Shown here: positions 9,926 to 20,000 of the stretch, piece by piece
Numbering within the stretch: the first letter of the stretch is position 1
How the letters are laid out: each line of letters begins with the position of its first letter
Origin: Chitinophaga pinensis
GTDB taxonomy: Bacteria > Bacteroidota > Bacteroidia > Flavobacteriales_D > Crocinitomicaceae
DNA: 64,000 bases
Direction: 5' to 3'
Assembly (NCBI GenBank): GCA_945863605.1
Contig: CAMAZP010000001.1
Span: 152,272 to 216,271, forward strand
The notes under the pieces: generated by a model
What the model was told of the DNA's origin: nothing
The model's input: only the letters and a program-made list of their open reading frames with translations
The model's database searches: none
Translations under genes and position numbers: made by a program

Positions 9926-10810
9926 ATGGATTGGATAAAAGATTTAATATTAAAATCAAAATTAGAAACGTTCACGTTCAATCAGCTAAACGAATTGAAT
10001 TGTAAATTGTTCATTAAAAGAGATGATTTAATACATGATGAAATTTCAGGTAATAAAATTAGAAAGTTAAAGTATAATTTAAAAGTTTGTAAGGATAATG
10101 CTTTAACCGGAATTGTGACTTATGGAGGAGCATTTTCTAATCATCTTATCGCTTCTGCTTCAGCAGCAAGTTTAGCCAATCTTAAAATTATTGGGAGAGT
10201 AAGAGGAAATGAACTTAATCCAAATTCTAACTCTGTTTTACATAGATGCAGTGAATTAGGTATGCAATTAGAATTTTTAGATAGGAGTATTTTCTCGAAA
10301 CTAAAAAAGGATAACGGTGTGTTGAATATAGATGGAAAAACCTATTTGTCAATTCCTGAAGGGGGATGTAATTTGAATGGAGTAGAGGGGTGTAAAGAAA
10401 TAATTACAGAGATTGATGAAGCTTTCGATATATATTGTATAGCCCAAGGTACTACTACAACAAGTATTGGTGTAGCACAAGCAATTCCTGAATCTGCAAA
10501 ATTAATTGTTGTTCCAGTTTTAAAAGGTTTTGATAGTGAAAAGGAAATGTACTCGATAATTGGAGCGAACGAATTTTTCAAAATCAAAAAAAAACTAATT
10601 GTTTTAGGAGATTATCATTTTGAAGGGTATGCTAAAACAAATTCTGTTTTGAATCAATTTGTTGCTGAATTCAATAATCAAAATTCTTTTGATATAGAAC
10701 CTATATATACAGGTAAAGCAATGTTTGCTTTAGTTAATTATCTAAAATTAAATGATCTTCGCAATAAAAGAGTGCTATTTATTCACACCGGAGGAATAAA
10801 AAAAAAGTAG
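9926..10810 (+). CDS. PLP-dependent 1-aminocyclopropane-1-carboxylate deaminase / D-cysteine desulfhydrase family protein
   Basis: SGNKIRKLKYNL (PLP-lysine motif of this family) and the C-terminal HTGG motif. Confidence 0.8.
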   Translation: MDWIKDLILKSKLETFTFNQLNELNCKLFIKRDDLIHDEISGNKIRKLKYNLKVCKDNALTGIVTYGGAFSNHLIASASAASLANLKIIGRVRGNELNPNSNSVLHRCSELGMQLEFLDRSIFSKLKKDNGVLNIDGKTYLSIPEGGCNLNGVEGCKEIITEIDEAFDIYCIAQGTTTTSIGVAQAIPESAKLIVVPVLKGFDSEKEMYSIIGANEFFKIKKKLIVLGDYHFEGYAKTNSVLNQFVAEFNNQNSFDIEPIYTGKAMFALVNYLKLNDLRNKRVLFIHTGGIKKK

Positions 10811-10822
10811 CAAAGTTATAAA

Positions 10823-11842
10823 CTATTTCAGTTTAGTTCTAGACGAAGAATTTCTGTAAAGATGTATACTTTTAAAATACACCTCAATAGCCCCAACACT
10901 AGCAGTTGCTTGACTTAAGTATGATAGATTTGCATCAAAAGCTAATCCAAAGCGTATTCCTTTAATTTTAAAACCAAATGTTGTAATTAACGCATCATTG
11001 TGTCGGTAGTAAAAGCCATAATTAACACAGGTTGTTTTATTTATTGTAGTTATTTGAGAACTTTCTTTCAAAACATGCTCAAACGTCATTCCTGTAATTA
11101 AATTATATCCTGTTCCAGTTTTAAAATAAAGTAAACTAGGTTGTAATCTCAAATCTTTTTTTCTGCTTGTAATATCTGCACCTAATTGTATAACTGATTG
11201 CATATAAATTCTGTCTCCACCAAAAGAGAAATTAATTTTTTGGCGTGTTAAGTGATTTAGTGCTAATCCTCCATAGAAACGAGTTTTATTTCTCATGGTG
11301 TATTGATAAAAAATACCAGCCCCAAAATCAATTGATGCATAAGAATTGTTTAATCCAATCTCAATATCAGGAAGGTTTATGAATTCATTACCATTCCATT
11401 GGTTTTCAAATGTTTGAGCATTTCTGTCAATTGATTGTTGGTAAAATCCCGGTGCTATACCAACGGATAATTTATTCTTTTTATCAAGTGATAAAGTGTA
11501 ATTAATAGGTATTGAAATATTAGTTGTCATTAATTTAGCAGTACCTGTTTGATCGTTAAGTGCATTTAAACCAATTCCAAAATTATTACTACCGCTAAAA
11601 CCATCTGGTATCTTAAATTCGGTTGTTAGGGTATTAGTTCTCAGACCTATTCCTGGCTCAGGTATTGTTAACCATTGGCTTCTAAAATTTGTAAAAAAAC
11701 CGTAATCTTCATCTCCTGTTGCAACAGAAGCAGGATTGTAAAGTACAGGTGATTGATACCATGTACTTAGATTTCTATCTTGCTGGGAATAAATAATTAC
11801 TGTGAACTGTAAGAATAAAATTGATAAAAATATATTTTTCAT
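10823..11842 (-). CDS. Type IX secretion system membrane protein, PorP/SprF family
   Basis: Signal peptide, the N-terminal WYQSPVLYNPA motif typical of PorP/SprF, and beta-barrel-like composition. It lies immediately downstream of a type B CTD cargo gene. Confidence 0.8.
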   Translation of the reverse strand: MKNIFLSILFLQFTVIIYSQQDRNLSTWYQSPVLYNPASVATGDEDYGFFTNFRSQWLTIPEPGIGLRTNTLTTEFKIPDGFSGSNNFGIGLNALNDQTGTAKLMTTNISIPINYTLSLDKKNKLSVGIAPGFYQQSIDRNAQTFENQWNGNEFINLPDIEIGLNNSYASIDFGAGIFYQYTMRNKTRFYGGLALNHLTRQKINFSFGGDRIYMQSVIQLGADITSRKKDLRLQPSLLYFKTGTGYNLITGMTFEHVLKESSQITTINKTTCVNYGFYYRHNDALITTFGFKIKGIRFGLAFDANLSYLSQATASVGAIEVYFKSIHLYRNSSSRTKLK

Positions 11843-11847
11843 TTGAT

Positions 11848-12849
11848 TTATCTTATTAATGTAACATTACCTTTAATTTCGTCTGATCTACCATCAATCC
11901 TTCTGTAACTTACATAATAGGTATATGTAGCAGGATTTACATTTTTACCTTTGTATGTTCCATCCCAACCCTCATGAGGATTTGTTGTACGGAAAACCAT
12001 TTTACCATAACGATCATAAATTCGCATATCAATTTCTGCAATAGCTCCTCCTTCTTTGTTGAAGCCATTATCAAAGTTTTGATCAACATCTATATTGGTA
12101 AGTATTCTAAAAATATCGTTTTCTCCATCCTCATTAGGTGAAAAAGAATTTGGTAAAACCACTTTTACAAAATCTCTAAACCTTACATCTACACAGATAG
12201 AATCATAGGCAGTACATCCATTTGCTGTGGTGTAGGAAACAAAATAACAGGTATTGTAAAAAGGATTTACTGTCAGTGAATCTCCTCCTGCACATGGTGA
12301 ACAACCAAATATACTGTCTTCAATAACACCACTTGGATACCACATTAAAGAACCTCCTGCTGGAAAGCCTTCAGCATAGAGGTATGCTTCCTCATACATG
12401 TTTATAAGTGTGTCATCTATTTCCACATAACCATAATCACTTGGATTGTAAACTATAAGTGTTGGCGGAATTGGTGGATTTGCCGGATTAGGAATTACAG
12501 ACTGACTGGTTGTGTCAGATAACGTAGCATTAACTGATGGTATTTGACCAACTGTTATAGTCTGACTTGCAGTGTTTGAACCAAATGTGTTTGTAACAGT
12601 TAACGAAATTGTAAATGTACCCGGCGTATTGAAACAAATTAATCCAGGATCTTGTCCTAAATAAGAAGAAGGTATAGAACCCGTTAATGTCCATTCGTAT
12701 GCAAGGGTATTAGAAGAAGAATTATTTGTTATTGAAATACATTCTCCAGCACACAATATATCATCTGAAACAAGAAAATTTGCCGTAGGTGTTTGACTCC
12801 ATGTAAAACTTGAAATCAATACAGAAAAAAACATTACACAATTCTTCAT
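11848..12849 (-). CDS. T9SS type B sorting-domain (gliding motility-associated C-terminal domain) protein with a PKD-like N-terminal domain
   Basis: The C-terminal FSPNEDGENDIF...GWDGTYKGKNVNPATYTYYV pattern is the SprB-type CTD. The N-terminal region TANFLVSD..CAGECISITNNS is PKD-like. Confidence 0.8.
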   Translation of the reverse strand: MKNCVMFFSVLISSFTWSQTPTANFLVSDDILCAGECISITNNSSSNTLAYEWTLTGSIPSSYLGQDPGLICFNTPGTFTISLTVTNTFGSNTASQTITVGQIPSVNATLSDTTSQSVIPNPANPPIPPTLIVYNPSDYGYVEIDDTLINMYEEAYLYAEGFPAGGSLMWYPSGVIEDSIFGCSPCAGGDSLTVNPFYNTCYFVSYTTANGCTAYDSICVDVRFRDFVKVVLPNSFSPNEDGENDIFRILTNIDVDQNFDNGFNKEGGAIAEIDMRIYDRYGKMVFRTTNPHEGWDGTYKGKNVNPATYTYYVSYRRIDGRSDEIKGNVTLIR

Positions 12850-12906
12850 GATAATTAATTATATTTTTTTACGAAAGTAATAAAAAAAAAACAATTTCAA
12901 TAATTT

Positions 12907-13761
12907 TCAATTATGAGCTTTTAATAAAAGTCGAATTTCATTCATTTCACGCACGTCATGAACTCTAAAAATTGATGCGCCTTTGAGAAATGATGTTGTA
13001 TTTAAAATAGATGTACCATTTAATGAATTATCTATTTCAATATTTAGTTTTTTGTAAATCATTGATTTTCTTGAAATTCCAACTAATATTGGTTTTCCCA
13101 AAATTTGTAATAGCTCAATATTGTTAAGCAAAGTGTAATTTTCTTCTAAAGTTTTATTAAAACCAAATCCTGGGTCGATTATAATATCTATAATTCCATT
13201 ATTTTTTAAATTTTTTAATTTTTCAGACAGGTAAACAATACTTTCTGTCAAAATATTAGTCTTAGATTCCAACGGAAGACTATTAATTTCGTTACCATTT
13301 TTGTTAAAAGTTAATATGTAAGGTATTTTTTTCGATGCAACTAGTTTTATTAGATTATCATCAAACATTCCTCCACTAATATCATTAATTATACATACGC
13401 CTTCATCAATTCCTATTTTAGCTACTTCATAACGCATTGTATCTAATGAAATAACTATGTCTTTAAATTCTTTACGAATAGCTTTTATTGGTTCTATGAC
13501 TCTATCTATTTCTTCATTAATGCTTGGAATTAGAGCATTTGGTCGTGTAGAAACTCCTCCAATGTCAATGATGTCAACTCCGTTTTCAACCATTGATTCA
13601 ACAGCTTTTAACACATCCTTTACGATTGATCTTCTACTTTCGGAATAAAATGAATCTGGAGTGCAATTTATTATACCCATAATTTTAGGAGTACTTAAAT
13701 CAAATAAATTACCTTTTAAATTTATGAATCTGTTTTGCTTGAATTGATGTATTTTTGTCAT
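12907..13761 (-). CDS. folP: Dihydropteroate synthase
   Basis: DIIDIGGVSTRP, IISLDT, IINDISG and GISRKS motifs of the pterin-binding DHPS fold. Confidence 0.9.
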   Translation of the reverse strand: MTKIHQFKQNRFINLKGNLFDLSTPKIMGIINCTPDSFYSESRRSIVKDVLKAVESMVENGVDIIDIGGVSTRPNALIPSINEEIDRVIEPIKAIRKEFKDIVISLDTMRYEVAKIGIDEGVCIINDISGGMFDDNLIKLVASKKIPYILTFNKNGNEINSLPLESKTNILTESIVYLSEKLKNLKNNGIIDIIIDPGFGFNKTLEENYTLLNNIELLQILGKPILVGISRKSMIYKKLNIEIDNSLNGTSILNTTSFLKGASIFRVHDVREMNEIRLLLKAHN

Positions 13762-13766
13762 CAGTT

Positions 13767-14309
13767 ATGGAAAAAACTTCTTTAGAATATACAAATGTAA
13801 TAAATCTTTGTAGAGAAATCTTTGAAAAGAAAACAAGAGATTATGGTACCTCTTGGCGCATTTTAAGACCAAGTTCACTAACAGATCAAATTTTTATAAA
13901 GGCACAACGTATTCGAACTGTTCAGGAAACAGGAGAAAACAAAGTAGGTGAGACCTTTGAGGATGCTTTTATGGGAATTGTAAATTATTGTATTATGGCT
14001 GTTTTTCAATTGAGAAATGACAGTGGTTTTAACGAACAACTTACCTTAGATGAGGCGATGATCATATATGATGAAATTTCAACCGAAGCTTTTGAATTAA
14101 TGAAGAAAAAAAATCATGATTACGGAGAAGCTTGGCGAGATATGCGTGTTACTTCACTCACTGATTTGATTTTGACGAAAGTTCTACGGATCAAACAAAT
14201 TGAAGATAATAAAGGGGTGACAGAAATTAGTGAAGGAGTTGAAGGAAATTATTTCGACATGCTAAATTATTCTGTTTTTGCACTTATACATATTGAAACT
14301 CCTTGTTAA
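13767..14309 (+). CDS. DUF1599-like protein with an internal duplication
   Basis: Two homologous halves: DYGTSWRILRPSSLTDQIFIKAQRIRTVQE and DYGEAWRDMRVTSLTDLILTKVLRIKQIE. I prefer the ATG at 13767 over the TTG at 13755. Confidence 0.7.
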   Translation: MEKTSLEYTNVINLCREIFEKKTRDYGTSWRILRPSSLTDQIFIKAQRIRTVQETGENKVGETFEDAFMGIVNYCIMAVFQLRNDSGFNEQLTLDEAMIIYDEISTEAFELMKKKNHDYGEAWRDMRVTSLTDLILTKVLRIKQIEDNKGVTEISEGVEGNYFDMLNYSVFALIHIETPC

Positions 14310-14369
14310 AAGAGTGTTAAACAGTTTAAAATATCAAACTATCACTTATTTTTGAACTAAAATAAAATT

Positions 14370-15440
14370 ATGGAAATAGTAAAAAATGTAGTTCCTTGGA
14401 GCATTAGAATTTTAATTTCAGCATTATTTTTGGTTTCGGCATACGCAAAAATTTATCCCGATCCATCCTATTATTTTAGTATTACAAAATTCGAATACAC
14501 GCAACTCTATCCAATGGGTTTTAGTCCAGAGTTAGCTGTGTATATTTCGCGTTTACTTATTGGAATTGAGTTTGCACTTGGTTTTTTACTTTTATTCCCT
14601 TTTAATTTAAAGAAACTAGTAATTCCAGCAACTATCATAATGTTAGCTGTGTTTTCAATTCATTTAACAATTGAGATTTTATCCGGACAAAATGCTGGGA
14701 ACTGTGGTTGTTTTGGTAGTCTTTTACCAATGACACCTTTAGAAGCATTGATAAAAAATCTTCTTTCTATTGGTCTTTTGTCGATTTTATTGCTCAAATT
14801 CTCAGATGTTATACGCATCAATAATAACCTCTTAGCTCTAACAAATATTACAACGTTATGTGTATTATTTTTATTCATGTTAATTCCAATACAAAAGAAA
14901 ACTACGGCTGTAACACCTGTATCAGTTGAAGTTACAGAACCGGAAATAAATACTGATGTTGATACGAATACCATTAAAACAAATCCTGTTAATGGTGAGC
15001 CACAAACAACTGATGTAAAACCAGAAGAACCAAAAGGCCCTGCAAAAAAAGCTTCTGGCTATGCTAAGTATTTCCCTAAAATTGATGATGGTAAAAAAAT
15101 TCTTTGCTTTTTCGCTCCAACGTGTGAACATTGTATGCAGACTGGAAAAGAGTTGACAGAACTTAGAAAAGCAGATCCTAATTTTCCAGAAGTTCAAATT
15201 ATTTTTATGGATGAAGCGCCTGAAGAAATCCCTGCATTTTTCAAGTTTGCTGGAGCAGAATACAAGCACATGGTAATGGATATTGTAGCTTTTTGGACAG
15301 CTTTAGGAAATAATAAAGACACACCTGGAGTTGTTTATTTATGGAATGGAAACACCCTTAAATTCTATAACGGCACAGAAGGAAAAGATAAATTTAATAA
15401 AGCTGAACTTAAAAAATTGGTTAAGAAGGAAAGCTATTAA
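14370..15440 (+). CDS. MauE/DoxX-type membrane domain fused to a thioredoxin-fold domain (BT_3928-like family)
   Basis: About five hydrophobic helices, with NCGCFGS in the membrane part. A P/T/E-rich linker follows, then a C-terminal domain with FAPTCEHCMQ (CxxC). Confidence 0.7.
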   Translation: MEIVKNVVPWSIRILISALFLVSAYAKIYPDPSYYFSITKFEYTQLYPMGFSPELAVYISRLLIGIEFALGFLLLFPFNLKKLVIPATIIMLAVFSIHLTIEILSGQNAGNCGCFGSLLPMTPLEALIKNLLSIGLLSILLLKFSDVIRINNNLLALTNITTLCVLFLFMLIPIQKKTTAVTPVSVEVTEPEINTDVDTNTIKTNPVNGEPQTTDVKPEEPKGPAKKASGYAKYFPKIDDGKKILCFFAPTCEHCMQTGKELTELRKADPNFPEVQIIFMDEAPEEIPAFFKFAGAEYKHMVMDIVAFWTALGNNKDTPGVVYLWNGNTLKFYNGTEGKDKFNKAELKKLVKKESY

Positions 15441-15463
15441 TTCGAAAAGCATTACTTTAGTAA

Positions 15464-16213
15464 ATGCCAAAAAAAATCCTTGCTGCCAATTGGAAAATGA
15501 ATTTGCTTCGCGATGAAGCAATACAGTTAATCAATTATTACAACAAAGAAGTTGAATTATCAAGTAAAGAAATTGAAGTGGTAGTTTTTAGCCCTTCGCT
15601 TTATATTTCCGAAATCTCACAGCTTACTGAATATAAAGTAGGAGTTCAAAATTTTTATTTTGAAAAAGTAGGTGCATTTACTGGTGAATTAAGTATTCCT
15701 CAAGTGAAAAGTTGTGGCGCAAGTCAGTTATTAATAGGACACAGTGAACGAAGACAACTATTTGGAGAATCAGATGATTTATTGAAAAGAAAAGTCGATG
15801 CAGCGGTAGAATCTAATACATCATTTATTTTTTGTTGTGGAGAAACACTGGAAATGCGCGATGCAGAAAGACATATTCAGTATGTTGTAAATCAATTACA
15901 TGCTTCCTTGTTTCATTTAGATGAAAAACAAATTTTACTTGGTGCAATTGCTTATGAGCCAATTTGGGCAATTGGGACAGGAAGAACAGCTTCTATAAAA
16001 CAAGCTGAAGAAATGCACGCTGCAATTCGTGAGTCTTTAGGTTATGTTTATGGAGCTTCGATTGCAAGTCAAGTATCTATATTATACGGAGGTAGCTGTA
16101 ATGCCAAAAACGCAGCAGAATTATTTGCTTGTCCGAACGTGGATGGAGGACTAATTGGTGGTGCTTCTTTGCATAGTGAAACTTTTAACCAAATTGCAAA
16201 AGCTTTAATATGA
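15464..16213 (+). CDS. tpiA: Triose-phosphate isomerase
   Basis: NWKMN, IGHSERR and AYEPIWAIGTG motifs. Confidence 0.95.
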   Translation: MPKKILAANWKMNLLRDEAIQLINYYNKEVELSSKEIEVVVFSPSLYISEISQLTEYKVGVQNFYFEKVGAFTGELSIPQVKSCGASQLLIGHSERRQLFGESDDLLKRKVDAAVESNTSFIFCCGETLEMRDAERHIQYVVNQLHASLFHLDEKQILLGAIAYEPIWAIGTGRTASIKQAEEMHAAIRESLGYVYGASIASQVSILYGGSCNAKNAAELFACPNVDGGLIGGASLHSETFNQIAKALI

Positions 16214-17055
16214 GTGATTATTATGAATACAGTTTCCAACTCGCACCTTACGAGCCTTGGAATGAAATTATAACGGCCTATCTTGCCGATGCTGGTTTTG
16301 AAAGTTTCGTAGATGAAGCCCCAATTTTAAAGGCATACATCCCAAGTGAAAATTTAATTTCTGAAGATATAGATTCAATTATTTTAAAATTGGAAGCAGA
16401 GGAGGATTTGATTGAATGCAAGTATTCTTATGTTGAAATCAAACAGCAAAATTGGAATGCACTTTGGGAGTCACAATTCGAGCCAGTTTTTGTAAGTGAT
16501 CAACTTTTAATTAAAGCACCTTTTCATACAGACATAGATTTTGACGGTCTGATAGTTGAAATTGAACCGAAAATGTCATTTGGAACTGGACATCATCAAA
16601 CAACATATCTTATGTGTCAAGAAATGCAAAAAATGAGTTTAAAAGAGACAAGTATTTTGGACATGGGAGCAGGAACGGGTGTTTTATCCATTTTAGCAGA
16701 GAAATTGGGTGCAAATTACATTGAAGCTGTTGAAATTGAATCCTGGTCAGCTGAAAATTGTGCTGAAAATGCAACAAGAAATAATTGTTCAAAAATCCTA
16801 TCTTTATTTGGTGATTTTGATGTTGTAACCAATCGCAAATTTGACGTAATCCTTGCGAATATTAATAAAAATGTATTGAAATCGCACCTTGCTTTTTATT
16901 GTACTAAATTGAAAGAAAGTGGACACCTTTTGTTAAGTGGTTTTTTTACAACTGATAATGATGAATTGATTTATTTAGCTGAAAAAGAAGGATTTAATTT
17001 GGTGAAAAGCGTGAATAAAGAAAATTGGTCGATGTTGAAATTTATTAAAAATTAA
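16210..17055 (+). CDS. prmA: Ribosomal protein L11 methyltransferase
   Basis: FGTGHHQTT and DMGAGTGVLS motifs. ATGA overlap with the tpiA stop. Confidence 0.9.
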   Translation: MSDYYEYSFQLAPYEPWNEIITAYLADAGFESFVDEAPILKAYIPSENLISEDIDSIILKLEAEEDLIECKYSYVEIKQQNWNALWESQFEPVFVSDQLLIKAPFHTDIDFDGLIVEIEPKMSFGTGHHQTTYLMCQEMQKMSLKETSILDMGAGTGVLSILAEKLGANYIEAVEIESWSAENCAENATRNNCSKILSLFGDFDVVTNRKFDVILANINKNVLKSHLAFYCTKLKESGHLLLSGFFTTDNDELIYLAEKEGFNLVKSVNKENWSMLKFIKN

Positions 17056-17058
17056 GCG

Positions 17059-20000
17059 ATGAGATTTACTAAACTACTACTTACAATTAGTGCTTTGTTT
17101 TATTTCAATACTTCAATTGCACAAGATTTTACAAAGGAACGCGAAAAATTCATTAAAGAATGGCAGAAATTAGTAACTGATCCTGATGCAGCTTATTTTT
17201 GTAAAGAAGTGTTGCCTAAAATATTGAAAGGTACAACGATAAATGATGGTCAATTTTCTAAAATTGTAGATAATTGCAATGCTCTTAAAGCTAAAGAAGT
17301 GCCTGTTTATCCGGAATTATATCAGTTTTTAGCAGCTTCATTGTATCAAATTGAGAATAAATTTCCTTCTGTTTTTAACACAGAATGGTATTCTATTCTA
17401 ACTGGATTTCAAGCTAAAGATCTAACAAAATTCACAGAGTTTTTGGATTTTTCCTACGACTTGTTTAAGTACAAATCCATTTACAAAGAGGATGGTTTTA
17501 GATGGTTTTTTGAAATTGGAAACATGACTTGGAATAATGATAAAAAATTGACAATCAAATGCCAGGAAGGTAACTTAGTTTGTCGGGTTTACGACGGGAA
17601 GCGAGTTGCTGATAGTTCAATTGTTTATAATACATCTGGTGTTTTGGATGTTTTTGGAAGTAAATGGGATGGAAAAGCAGGAGTAATTGACTGGCAAAAA
17701 GTGAAATTCGATAAAGAAAAGACTTATGCTAAAATTAGAGGTTATCGCTGTGATTTGAAATCTGCACAAGTAAAAGTAGACACGGTTGAGTTGACAACAC
17801 CTTATTTTAAAAAACCTATTCTTGGAAAGTTAGCCGACAAAACAATTTTAGAAATGAACGAAGGCGAAAGTTCACCTCAATTTATCTCTTTTGAAAAACG
17901 ATTAAAAATCCCAGACTTACGTGAAAATATAGATTATGATGGCGGATTCACACTAAAAGGCGCAGAGTTTATTGGAAGCGGGACAGAAAATAACCCAGCT
18001 AAAATATTTTTTAAAAGAAATAACAATAAATTGATAGAAATTTCATCTGTTAATTTTCAAATGGATCCAGCTAAAATCATTGCTCGAAAATCCTCAGTTA
18101 AAATGTTTTATACAAATGGAGATTCACTCTACATAAAAGAAGCATTTATATTCCTAGATGAGAACAAACAAGAACTAAGTGTTACAGCTGCAAAAAAAGG
18201 TTATGACTTTGTTCCGTTCGAAGATTATTATTTCAATTTATTTGTGAATGCACCTGTTTTTGTGTATAAATTGAACACTCCTTTAGCTTATTTTACTTAT
18301 GAAATAGGAACTTCTCAAGAACAAAAAGTTGCTTCTATTATCTCTCAAAATTACTTTGATCAAGCTGTTTATCAAAAATTTAAAGGAATGGGAAATGTTC
18401 ACCCATTTAATATAATTGCCAATAAATGTGAGTCAATGAAAAAGTATGATTTTTCGGAAGGTGATTTAGCGACAATGATGAATAAAACAGTTACACAAGC
18501 AAAACCCGAGCTTGTTGATTTAGCTGCAGCTGGATTTTTAACCTATAACTCAATAAACAACTTAATTCACGTAGAAAAAAAACTAATCAATTATGCAAAA
18601 TCAGGAACTGGAGAAATGGATTTTGACAACATAAAAGTCGTTTCTGATTTACGTCCATTGAAATTGACTTATTCTGCTCAAGAAATTGCAAATGATCCTT
18701 ATCTTAAGTCCATGCAAGCAGATTATGTGAAAAAAACTACAAAGCGTCAACAAGTTATTGCTTATGCTTTAATTGATATTGATAAACGAACAATGCGTAT
18801 GAATGAAGTTGATGAGGTTCAAATTTCAGCTGCTCAAAAAACGGATATATATCCAGATTCTAGTTATATTATTTTTGAGAAAGATCGAAATATTCGTTTT
18901 GCAGGTTGGTTAGTTGCTGGAAAATTAGAAGTTCATTCATCTGGTATGCTTTTTGACTATAAAGAATTTAAAGTAAATATTCCAACATCAGACTATGCTT
19001 TTTTTAGAGTAAAACCATTAAGAAAAGAGGATGGAACTGATTTTATCCCAATGGTGAGTGCGTTAAGCTTCATGAAAGGAGAAGTTCAAATCGACAACAA
19101 AGAGACCAAATCAGGTAAAGCTGGTAAAAATGCCGAGTTTCCTTTTCTTAAATCTGTTCAAGAAACGAAAGTTTTTTACAATTCAAAAGATATTTTAAAA
19201 GGTGCATATGACAGTACACGTTTCTACTATACAGTTCAACCATTTAACTTAGATAGTTTGGATAATTTCAGTGAAAAAGCTTTCAGTTTGGTAGGAGAAT
19301 TGAACTCAGGAGGTATTTTTCCAAAAATTACTGAAAATCTTAAGATTATGAATGATTACTCCTTTGGCTTTGTTACTCAAGCTCCGGCTGGAGGTTTTAG
19401 TTTTTATGGAACGGAATCAAAATACGATAACAAAATTGTTCTTTCAAATAATGGCCTTCAGGGAACAGGAACAATTAATTTTTTACATTCTACATCTGTT
19501 TCAAATAAATTGACCTTCTTGCCAGATTCAACTATTGGAATTGCAAAATTCATTAATAAACAAATTTCAACAGGTGTGCCATATCCAAGTGTTGTATCTG
19601 AATCAGCTTATATTAATTATCAACCCAAAAAAGAAACTTTACTGGCCTCTTCAATCAGAGAGGTACCCCTAACAATGTTTAATGGAGAAACAGATTTGAC
19701 AGGAACAGTAGTTATTGACAAAACAGGTATTACAGGTTATGGTTCTCTTAAATTTAAGGAGGCAGTCATGAAGTCGAATTTATATAGTTTTACGGATGAT
19801 AATATCAAATCAAATAATACTTCTTTTAATTTATTAAATCGATTTGCAAAATTTGGTGAAGATCCTTTATCGATACAAGCTGATAATTTGCAGGCTGATG
19901 TTTCATTCAAAAATAGAAAAGGAAATTTTAATGCTATCGGAACTAAAATAATAAAATTCCCTGCAAATAATTATTATTGTCAAATGGATAGATTTATTTG

